Assembly: GCF_006345805.1 (NCBI RefSeq) | Contig: NW_021826948.1 | Span: 1 to 13,300, forward strand | Direction: 5' to 3' | DNA from: Octopus sinensis | Lineage: Eukaryota | DNA length: 13,300 nt | Shown here: positions 1-7,500 of the stretch, one piece after another | Numbering within the stretch: the first letter of the stretch is position 1 | Layout of the letters: every line of letters starts with the position of its first letter | Notes under the pieces: model-generated | Databases searched by the model: none | Told to the model about the DNA's origin: nothing | Seen by the model: the letters and a program-made list of their open reading frames with translations, nothing else | Position numbers and translations under genes: made by a program

Positions 1-201
1 TCGTTGATCGATGGTAGAGATACATAGATGTCCACGGCTCATACTTTGACTCATCAAAACATTTCTATTGTTAATTTTTCCAGAATAAAATTGTTTCTGA
101 AATCGACAATTATTTTCGGAACGACCTGATACGTTATGAGAAAAGTAAGAAACAATTTCTGTTAGAGTGGCTGTTATTACTAGCAAATCGAGCGACGACA
201 T
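1..201 (-). CDS. Partial first coding exon of a probable secreted or membrane protein of unknown family: MSSLDLLVITATLTEIVSYFSHNVSGRSENNCRFQKQFYSGKINNRNVLMSQSMSRGHLCISTIDQR..., open to the window edge
   Basis: Manual minus-strand translation: no stop from 285 to 1. Strong acceptor tattcatttctttcattcacAG| with exon start at 206. ATG at 201-199 with A at -3. Hydrophobic N-terminus followed by Cys-containing polar sequence. Absent from the ORF track, probably because there is no stop in the window. The exon could end earlier at an internal GT. Confidence 0.55.
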   Translation of the reverse strand, partial: MSSLDLLVITATLTEIVSYFSHNVSGRSENNCRFQKQFYSGKINNRNVLMSQSMSRGHLCISTIDQR

Positions 202-573
202 AATTGCTGTGAATGAAAGAAATGAATACTCATTCCACCCACGAGAACCAAATCGTCGCTTAATCATTTTGTCTGCTGACATAATTCACTCTTGAACGGT
301 TCCTTCGTTACGACGCCATTTCAGGATGACTTAATCAATTAAATTTGCATTCCAACCGATCAGGTTTGTTTTATGGTCAATGGTCCGAAATTTGTGAAGT
401 TGGTCATTCATTTACGCCAATCACACTTGAAATTATAAACGTAAATAAATTTAACAACTGATTATTAAAAATAACCAGATAAATATTTAGCTCGTGCTGT
501 TGGCAAAGCATGGCCGTGAATTAGAAAGAAGTAGCGGAAGAAGAAAAAAGTGGTGCTGTCTACATTTCTTGGT

Positions 574-1088
574 GGAGGCGTGTGGCTTAGCGGTTAGAGT
601 ATTGGACTCATGATCGTAAGATTGTGGTTTCGATTCCTGTTATTGTCCATTACAGCTTTCTGGAAGCCAATCAGAGCATTACAATAGCAACTCACGGAAA
701 TGCATGCTCACTTGCAAAAAATGAGACCTGCGTTAGTGAATTGGCATGGCAATTCACTAACCTAGTGGTTCGGCGAAAGAGACCGATAGAATAAGTCCTA
801 GACTTACAAAGAATAAGTCCTGGAGTTGATTTCTTCGACTAAAATCCTTTAAGGCGGTGCTCCAGCATGGTCGCAGTCAAATGACTGAAACATGTAAAAG
901 AATAAAAGAAAACAGGGACGTGTTGTCCAACGCGTTGTGCTCTTCAGCAAAACACTTCATTTCCCGTTGGTCTAGTCCACTCAGCCGGCAGAAATGAATC
1001 ATCCTGCGTCCAGGCAGGGAATTGAAACGGGAAACCGACCCTGAAGAGCCTGTCATGACTCAAGAAGGAAACTCTTTCTTTCTTTGTT
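574..1088 (+). mobile_element. tRNA-derived SINE (family B, CORE-like body) interrupted by a ~270-bp nested insert
   Basis: A-box tggcttagcgg and B-box ggtttcgattcc at 583-637. Body resumes ~915 (cagcaaaacacttcatttc...ccactcagc...gggaaaccgaccc) and matches the minus copy at 10255-10472. Exact 15-bp direct repeat tctacatttcttggt at 559-573 and 1089-1103 (TSD). Confidence 0.85.
763..912 (+). mobile_element. 3' tail fragment of SINE family A nested in the family B SINE
   Basis: ggttcggcgaaagagaccgatagaataag...ggcggtgctccagcatggtcgcagtcaaatgactgaaac is the reverse complement of the tail of the full copy at 1799-2200. Confidence 0.85.
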
Positions 1089-1104
1089 TCTACATTTCTT
1101 GGTA

Positions 1105-1340
1105 AATTATATATATGTATATATCAATGAGTGTGTGCCTTTGTGGCTGTGTTCGTCCCCCTATCACTAGCATTCGTGTGTTTGGGTCTCCATGGAATAG
1201 CGGTTCGGCAAAAGAGTCCGATAAAACAAGTACCAAATCTAAATAATATAAGTCTTGGGGTCGATTTGTTCGACTAAAAGCCTTGAAGTCAGTGCTCCAG
1301 CATGACTGCAGTCAAATGGCAGAAAAAAAATAAGAATAAC
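1105..1340 (+). mobile_element. 5'-truncated, diverged SINE family A copy
   Basis: tagcggttcggcaaaagagtccgata...ggggtcgatttgttcgactaaa...gtgctccagcatgactgcagtcaaatg has the same tail as 763-912 and 1799-2200. Confidence 0.8.
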
Positions 1341-1351
1341 AACATAAATGA

Positions 1352-1364
1352 ATATAGATATATC

Positions 1365-1395
<31 letters not shown>

Positions 1396-1596
1396 CTCTT
1401 TATGTCTATTTATATATATATTATTATATATATATCTATATATATATATATATGTATATATATGTATGTATATATATATGTTATGTATGTAGTATGTATT
1501 GATATATATATATTATATATATATATATATTATATATATATATACACATACATACATGCATACATATATAATATATGTATGTGTGTGTGTGTGTAA
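1352..1596. repeat. Degenerate (TA)n/(TG)n microsatellite tract
   Basis: Directly visible dinucleotide repeats. Confidence 0.95.
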
Positions 1597-1654
1597 ATAT
1601 GATTGGTGCTTTTCGGCGTGGTCTACGGTTTTGCAAAGAGAGTACGTTACTCAC

Positions 1655-1692
1655 CTCTGCTGTCCTTGGGCTGTTTCTCAAAGGAAAGACAT
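1655..1692 (-). other. Candidate short non-coding first exon of the minus-strand gene
   Basis: Ends in a consensus donor cagcagAG|GTGAGT (plus actcacct, 1649-1656). Begins at an Inr-like TCATGT just downstream of a TATA box. Splicing to 206 gives ...gcagag|caattATG. Confidence 0.5.
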
Positions 1693-1728
1693 GAGTCAGT
1701 ACTCTCACAACGGCCATGTTTATATATA
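1689..1728 (-). promoter_or_regulatory. Candidate TATA/Inr core promoter
   Basis: Minus strand gcgccTATATATAAAcatgg (TATAAA at 1724-1719). Inr-like TCATGT with A at 1692, 32 nt from the first T of TATAAA. An AP-1-type TGACTCA (1698-1692) overlaps the Inr. Confidence 0.45.
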
Positions 1729-1798
1729 GGCGCAAATGTTGCCGGATAATGATTAACTATAGCCTTAGCCATACACATCTGCCTTATGATACCTCTTT

Positions 1799-2200
1799 AC
1801 TCTCTTTACTCTTTTACTTGTTTCAGTCATTTGACTGCGGCCATGCTGGAGCACCGCCTTTAGTCGAGCAAATCGACCCCGGGACTTATTCTTTGTAAGC
1901 CCAGTACTTATTCTATCGGTCTCTGTTGCCGAACCGCTAAGTGGTACGGGGACGTAAACACACCAGCATCGGTTGTCAAGCAATGCTAAGGGGACAAACA
2001 CACACACATACACATATATATATATATACATATATACGACAGGCTTCTTTCAGTTTCCATCTACCAAATCCACTCACAAGGCATTGGTCGGCCCGGGGCT
2101 ATAGCAAAAGACACTTGCCCAAGATGCCACGCAGTGGGACTGAACCCGGAACCATGTGGTTGGTTAGCAAGCTACTTACCACACAGCCACTCCTGCGCCT
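1799..2200 (-). mobile_element. Full-length, apparently young tRNA-derived SINE (family A; tRNA head, CORE-like segment, internal (TA)/(TG) tract, structured 3' tail)
   Basis: Minus head aggcgcaggagTGGCTGTGTGGt (A box 2178-2189) and GGTTCAGTCCC (B box 2136-2146), then cttgggcaagtgtc (CORE-like). The tail ends in (aaagag/aaaagagt) repeats. Possible short TSD cctcttt at 1792-1798 and 2198-2204. Confidence 0.9.
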
Positions 2201-2307
2201 CTTTCCGGATTTCTTTTTTTGTAGGGGTTTATTCCCTTAGCTTTTTTGAAGCGCTCATTTCTCGATGCCTACTGTGTCAGTTTATTTATGAGAACCAAAA
2301 CTATAAA

Positions 2308-2349
2308 AACGTCTGATGAAACGTTATGAACTGGAAATCGGTCGCTGTT
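2308..2349 (+). ncRNA. Degenerate minimal type I hammerhead-ribozyme-like motif
   Basis: aacgt-CTGATGA-aa-cgtt atg aactg-GAAA-tcgGTC-gctgtt. Intact CUGAUGA and GAAA cores. Stem I and stem II each pair with one bulge. Stem III is one substitution from the palindromic GAAACCGGTC seen in Penelope-type hammerheads. Confidence 0.35.
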
Positions 2350-2469
2350 CCCAAAACGAGGCTTTAACTTCGCAGCCATTTCTAATATTCATTTTGTAGT
2401 TGTTACGTTATTTTGTCATTCACACACAACAGCATTGACGTAATTACCCACAGTGTGAACATATTACTT

Positions 2470-2863
2470 GAGAGACACCTACACACCATATACGCATGTG
2501 TGTGTGTGTGTGTGTATACCAATATATATGTATATACACGTACAAATGTATATACATATGTATATGTATATATATATATATATCTGTATATGTATGGATC
2601 TATGGACGTATACGTATGCATATATATGTGTGTGCGTGAAGATATATATATATATATATATGTGAGTGTGTATATATATATATATATACACACACATCCA
2701 TGCACACCCATATATATATGTAAAGGTATATACGTTTAACTTTATTTGTATGTATGTCTATATGAATATATGCGCGCGTATATATATATATATATATATA
2801 ATATATAAATATATATATATATTATATATGTGTGTATTTATGTATACATATATATTTGTGTAT

Positions 2864-2898
<35 letters not shown>

Positions 2899-3070
2899 AT
2901 ATGTTTATTTGTATGTATGCCTGTATCAATATACGTGTGTGTGTGTATATATATATATATAGAGAGAGAGAGAGACATATATGTCCACCTATATATATAT
3001 ATATATACATACATATATATATATAGGTATATACGTATATATATACATACATACAATCTTACATACATAC
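2470..3070. repeat. Compound (TA)n/(TG)n/(AG)n/(TACA)n microsatellite tract
   Basis: Directly visible. Confidence 0.95.
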
Positions 3071-3233
3071 ACCCCCCTCCTGTAATTGTATTCCTAGTTA
3101 AAGCCAATTTTTTTGTTGTTTTTTTTCTGTAATCATAACCTGAGAGCGGAATGACTCTAAATGAAATGAGTGTGTTTGGAATAACAGGAATAACGGCAAA
3201 GAACCCGAAAAATAACAGAAAATAACTACAAGG

Positions 3234-3266
3234 AAATAGAAATAAAATAAAATAAAATAAAATAAA
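3234..3266. repeat. (AAATA)n pentanucleotide repeat
   Basis: Directly visible. Confidence 0.85.
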
Positions 3267-3385
3267 CGAATCGAAAAGAAAATCTTCATTACCAAAAGTT
3301 CTGATAGTAATTTAGAAAATTTTAAACTGATATCTAAGTTTCTATGACAACGCCAAGATCATATTCTTTATTTCTCTTACTGCTG

Positions 3386-3422
3386 TGCTGTTGTTGTTGT
3401 TGGTGTTGTTGTTGTTGTTGTT
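3386..3422. repeat. (TGT)n trinucleotide repeat
   Basis: Directly visible. Confidence 0.9.
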
Positions 3423-3792
3423 TGTCTCCTCGACGTTTTACACCCATTGTAACGTCGCCAGCAATAACGATGGCGGCTTGTTGCGTAACTCGCTGCATTC
3501 TGCTTGTTTTCTTTTATCCTCCGCTGCCAAAACTCAGCTCCCAATATTCTTCGATTCACTTCTAAACCGTTCTGGTTCTCCTTGTTATTGATGTCGGTTG
3601 TTTCTATGTTTTTTTAGGCATTTATTTATTTTTTTTTATTTCTAATTTACCGAATTGGCAATTTCGATTAAGGAGTTCCGAATTTATTTCTATGGTGGCA
3701 ATGTGGTGCATCTTCCACAAGAGTCTTTCACGTTATCCAAGAGTTGACCTCTGCTTTCTAAGCAAAATTTAGTTGACAGTGTCTTTCATATG

Positions 3793-3794
3793 TG

Positions 3795-3857
<63 letters not shown>

Positions 3858-4092
3858 CACTCTCTCTCTTTCTCTCTATCTATCTATCTATCAATCTATC
3901 TCACTCTCTCTCTTTCTCTCTCTCTCTCTTTCTATATATGTGTGTGTTATGTATGTATATATATATATATATATAATATCTATATATTATATTATATATA
4001 TATATTACATATACATACATATATACATATACAAATACAAAACGGCGGTCCGGTTGCTTCAGCATGGCCACAGCTCTGAGCTGAAACTAGAG

Positions 4093-4147
<55 letters not shown>

Positions 4148-4160
4148 TGTATGTATGTAT
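3793..4160. repeat. Compound (TATC)n/(TC)n/(TA)n/(TATG)n tract
   Basis: Directly visible. Interrupted by a small SINE tail remnant at ~4044-4095. Confidence 0.95.
4044..4095 (+). mobile_element. Short degenerate SINE family A-type tail remnant
   Basis: ggcggt...gcttcagcatggccacag...ctgaaac resembles ggcggtgctccagcatggccgcagtcaaatgactgaaac. Confidence 0.55.
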
Positions 4161-4236
4161 TTATGTATAAAGTGGAAAGGTTCCATAAGAACTTATTTTT
4201 TACGTGATGATGAATTGTTGTGAAAAATATATTGAT

Positions 4237-4294
4237 CATCATGATGATGATGATGATGATGACTACTACGACGACAATAATCATAATAATAATA

Positions 4295-4326
<32 letters not shown>
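4237..4326. repeat. Compound trinucleotide tract (GAT)n-(GAC/TAC)-(AAT)n-(ATT)n
   Basis: Directly visible. Confidence 0.9.
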
Positions 4327-4327
<1 letters not shown>

Positions 4328-4365
4328 GATGCTTTAGATGTTGGTACTTGGCCAGCAATGTGGAA

Positions 4366-4441
4366 GCAGGATTTGAACTCAAAATGTAATGAACCGGAAG
4401 GAATCCAGAAAAACGATTTTTTTCCGATGCTCTAACGACTC
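4366..4441 (-). mobile_element. Degenerate tRNA-like head of SINE family C
   Basis: Minus gagtcgttagagcatcgg...ttgagttcaaatcctgc matches the head gaatcgttagcacgc...gagttcaaattccgc at 9496-9568. Confidence 0.65.
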
Positions 4442-4448
4442 ATCCAAG

Positions 4449-4541
4449 CGACGACGACGACGATGATAAAAGAGGAAGAAGTGGAGGAAGAAGAAGAAGA
4501 AGAAGAAGAAGAAGAAGAAGAAGATGATGATGATGATGATG
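4449..4541. repeat. Compound (GAC)n/(GAA)n/(GAT)n trinucleotide tract
   Basis: Directly visible. Confidence 0.9.
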
Positions 4542-4759
4542 ACTGTGCATCAATATTTTAAAATAATTTTTAACGATTTTTATCTTATTATTTTCACAAT
4601 ATTTTCCGCTTTATTTTCTTTTCATTATTTTCGTTCTGGTTGTAAAAGCACTTCACTATTTTTGTTGCTAAGCAGCACCAATTATCAAGAGGCGTGCGCG
4701 TCGGTGGCGGAGAAGAGAAGCGAACGCGCAATAACAGTTTAATACAACAAATTGCAATC

Positions 4760-5310
4760 GAGGCTATGCATTTGCCTCCTTCTGGTAATGGAGAGTTTGT
4801 TTAGCGGAGAATTTTAACAGCGACAGTTGACAGCAGAGGTCACTGCTGTGCTTTATGCCATCAGTTTCGATACAGTGAATACGTTTTAGAGTAAACACTT
4901 GAGTGCTGAAGATGCTCTTGTTCTCCTTTTTCCAACACAGGAGTCGATGTCCCATCAGGCGGCGAAGCAGCTCTGTAAATGCTTCGGCAGAGCTGCAAAG
5001 GGTTACCCACCACCGAGCCAAAGGGTTACCCCACCGATGCTGCAAAGGGTTACCCACCACCGATGTAGAGCGACAAATCTCCCGTATAACAGCACAAGCT
5101 TTGCTGAGTCAAACATTTGTGACTCTTGGCCAGATGTTCCTACCATGCTCGTTCTTGCTGCACCACTCGTCTTTTCTCTTGTGTAAGATTTTACGACTCG
5201 CTTTCTCAGCAGTTTCTGATAATTTTCTGGTAATATCTTTTCCCTCCTCTACATCTAGACCAAGACTTCTCAGCATCAAGCGAACCCAACATGCAACAAA
5301 TCCTTCAACA
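4760..5310 (-). mobile_element. 3' end of a non-LTR retrotransposon with a restriction-like endonuclease (HERO-clade-like): C-terminal ORF remnant plus putative 3' UTR
   Basis: Minus frame 5310-5109 gives ..EGFVACWVRLMLRSLGLDVEEGKDITRKLSETAEKASRKILHKRKDEW.., matching the HERO C-terminal pattern as I recall it (EVGxRGF...LG...EAAEKASRWxWxKRxDxW). The 3' UTR boundary at ~4760 is approximate. Confidence 0.7.
4992..5063. repeat. Three-copy ~25-bp tandem repeat (gctgcaaagggttacccaccaccga)
   Basis: Copies 4992-5016 and 5039-5063 are identical. Copy 5019-5037 is shorter. Each contains the near-palindrome GGGTTACCC. Confidence 0.9.
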
Positions 5311-5483
5311 CAGTAGTTCTCAACCATTTTCATTTATGCCCACCCCACCCCACCCCTTGGATTCCTATTTTACTCGGAAAGATCTTCATAGACATTTGAT
5401 GTTTAATAAAAATCTTACAATGTTTTTACCATTAAATATTATTATAAAAATATATTATTAAAAAAACATAATTAAATATTATT

Positions 5484-5705
5484 GTAAAGGCGAGTGGCCT
5501 AGTGGTTAGGCTGTTGCACTCACGATAGCTTCATCGGAAGTTCAATTCCCTGACTGGGCGGTGCGTTGTGTTCTCGAGCAATGCACAACATTTCACATTG
5601 CTCCAGCGGGGAGGCGTCATTTGAAAGCTAAAGCAATGCAAAAGCGCATTATGACCAGCGATGTGTAACAACATCTGATAGCCTGGTTGGTCACTTGATC
5701 ACGTG
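5484..5705 (+). mobile_element. tRNA-derived SINE with a family-B-like head/CORE and a different 3' tail
   Basis: A-box tggcctagtgg, B-box agttcaattcc, CORE-like gttgtgttctcgagcaa...tttcacattgctccag, tail ...gatgtgtaacaacatctgatagcctggttggtcacttgatcacgtg. Possible 10-bp TSD aaatattatt at 5474-5483 and 5706-5715 (AT-rich, so weaker). Confidence 0.8.
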
Positions 5706-5817
5706 AAATATTATTAGGAATTGAATAAAAACAATTAAAATGATTTGTGTGTTGTAGAAGAATAACCAACTTATTGCAGATAAATTTTAACAGCAAAATC
5801 TTATTTGGACCCTAAAG

Positions 5818-6114
5818 GGTCAAGTGAGTCCACAGGTCTAAAATCTATATCTACAGGAAGGCATAGTGTCTTCCATTAAAATGTTATGAAGTTTTGTTGT
5901 GTCTGGGGAGAGTCATTTTCTTTTTGTGCCTTATAATGTAACACACTCACCGGTAAAATTTCCATTTTTTTCTTATTATTATTTCAGTTGAAAAGGTTGC
6001 CAGACGCAACGAAAATTTTAGGAAAATAAAAATAAGAAAAAAGTGGAAATTTTACCGGTGAGTGTGTTACATTATAAAGGCACAAAAAGAAAATGACTCT
6101 CCCCAGACACAACA
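5818..6114. mobile_element. Palindromic foldback/MITE-like element, asymmetrically deleted
   Basis: Arms 5895-5964 and 6044-6114 are reverse complements with a single 1-nt indel, extending imperfectly to ~5985/6022. The 5818-5894 extension is from my recall of an octopus palindromic repeat, so it is less certain. Confidence 0.75.
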
Positions 6115-6721
6115 GAATATGCTTCAACACACGAACTCATATAAAGAATCTTGCAAACCAAATCCAAAAACGAAATAGCTATGAAATTTGTTAAAGACAT
6201 TTTATACGAGTCTCTTCCATGTCAGGAATTCTTTCTTCCTGTCAGTAACACAGAAAGAACCCAATGCACGAATCTGCTTAATGTTATGTGTCATCTCTGG
6301 AGTAAGTCTGTAAGTAGCTTTCATCCACATTCAGCGAAATGTATTCAATCGTCTTTGTACTAAGAAAGGCTGCAGCCTTGTTTACTTTGTACTAAGAACT
6401 AGACCGACTGGCTTCAGCCTTCTCAAGGGATGTTCACAACTCAACCGATCACATGATGAGCGGTGAAGCAAAAAGTCGTCAGTGTTATGAAAGATCAGAG
6501 AGATACACGATCCGTTGACGTGTCATGTTCGCTCCTGTTTAATAAAAACACCATTCTCTTTGATGTAGAACATGACTTTACCGCAGGATGCAGTTCTTAC
6601 GATTATACACCCACAAACATGCATGTTCATATATTACATACACACATATATATGTGTGTTTGTACGTATATATATATATGTATGTATATATATATATGTA
6701 TATATATACATATATACAAAA

Positions 6722-6922
6722 TGTGACCGCGTGTGTACCGTTGGCGATTTTTTTTCCTCTGTCTTCCCTTCTCTGGATCTTTCCTTCTCCTATGTTTCCG
6801 ACGAAGAGCTCTGCTCGAAACGTTAAACCCCCTTCTTTCCTTGTTTCCTGAGCGTCCAATAATACTATATTTGTTCCACGTCCTCGCGTTGTTGTGTTTT
6901 TTTGTGTTTTCATGTTTGGATT
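6722..6922 (+). mobile_element. Probable Penelope-like element terminal-repeat fragment
   Basis: Contains the hammerhead-like core at 6794-6828 followed by a pyrimidine/T-rich tail. Resembles a repeat I recall as abundant in octopus DNA. Confidence 0.5.
6794..6828 (+). ncRNA. Minimal type I hammerhead-ribozyme-like motif with a U4C core change
   Basis: gttt-CCGACGA-a-GAGC tct GCTC-GAAA-cGTT-aaac. Stem I gttt/aaac, 4-bp stem II, palindromic AACGTT helix III. The core reads CCGACGA instead of CUGANGA. Confidence 0.5.
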
Positions 6923-7118
6923 AACTATATATATATATATGTTTATATATATATATATATATGGCATAAGGCCGTATTTTACGTTAGCTATTGTCTTAAA
7001 TTACATTTTTTTTTGTTTTACTTTCGTATGTCCATTCTGTGTTGTTTTGTTTGCTTCAGGCCCAACATTGTCTACGACTTTCGTAGGGACCACCATTATG
7101 GGAAGTTCTCAGTCTTAC

Positions 7119-7160
7119 CATTAATGGTGCAAAGCTGAGTATTACCATTCTGGTTGATAA
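7119..7160 (-). CDS. Candidate 42-nt internal exon (phase 1/1: ..FINQNGNTQLCTIN-g)
   Basis: Acceptor ccctaattcttcatcAG|, donor aatG|GTAAGA, phase-compatible with 7878-7936. No homology recognised with confidence. Confidence 0.3.
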
Positions 7161-7226
7161 CTGATGAAGAATTAGGGACCCTCTGTGTCTGACTCTCTTT
7201 TTATCTGTCGTTGTTTATTTACAATT

Positions 7227-7227
<1 letters not shown>

Positions 7228-7280
<53 letters not shown>

Positions 7281-7336
7281 GAATTTATATGTACACGACA
7301 CGCATATGTATATCTATCTATCCATCTATCTATCTA

Positions 7337-7370
<34 letters not shown>

Positions 7371-7469
7371 ATATATATATATATAGAATATAGTGTGTGT
7401 ATATATAGTATGTGTATATATATATATGTTATATACATATATATGTATATATACATGTATATGTATATA

Positions 7470-7500
<31 letters not shown>

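Larger units (their letters stand above)
5311..6121. mobile_element. Non-autonomous hAT (Charlie/MER20-like TIR) element carrying nested insertions
   Basis: Left TIR cagtagttctcaacc at 5311. Eroded right-TIR remnant agaatatg (expected ...agaactactg) at 6114-6121. 8-bp direct repeat cttcaaca at 5303-5310 and 6122-6129, the typical hAT TSD length. Confidence 0.6.

Noticed and set aside
84-144. Plus-strand exon-like segment (cag|NKIVSEIDNYFRNDLIRYEK|gtaaga)
   Set aside because: It lies antisense to the better-supported minus-strand CDS (promoter, first exon, ATG). No homology recognised. Not fully excluded without stranded RNA data.
1040-1075. CTGAAGA...GAAAC hammerhead-like core
   Set aside because: No stem II pairing and no matching NUH/stem I; it is ordinary SINE B tail sequence.
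2120-2200. tRNA gene (A and B boxes present; also at 574-640, 5488-5550 and 9483-9570)
   Set aside because: No complete cloverleaf or acceptor stem is evident, and each continues into a SINE body, so these are SINE heads.
3098-3295. Minus ORF with a hydrophobic, signal-peptide-like start (MVMKIFFSIRLFYFILFYFYF...)
   Set aside because: The hydrophobicity comes from the (TATTT)n repeat. The only donor (CAG|GTTATG) is weak and phase-incompatible with the exon at 206.
3344-3591. Poly-Cys, poly-Leu and poly-Thr ORFs
   Set aside because: Products of the (TGT)n repeat; no other coding evidence.
4204-4742. Poly-Asp/Asn/Tyr/Met/Ile ORFs
   Set aside because: Trinucleotide microsatellite translations plus a SINE head fragment.
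4992-5063. CRISPR-like repeat array
   Set aside because: No unique spacers of regular length, eukaryotic context, no cas genes; it is a simple tandem repeat in a retrotransposon UTR.
6246-6309. Plus exon candidate (tcag|...GA|GTAAGT, alternative donor at 6310)
   Set aside because: Two frames and two donors are possible, no peptide is recognisable, and it abuts TE remnants. It cannot be supported.
7060-7138. Plus frame PNIVYDFRRDHHYGKFSVLPLM resembling the E2 HPNI...GKICL motif
   Set aside because: No usable phase-1 donor links it to the 9182 frame, the catalytic Cys is absent, and it partly overlaps the minus-strand exon candidate 7119-7160.
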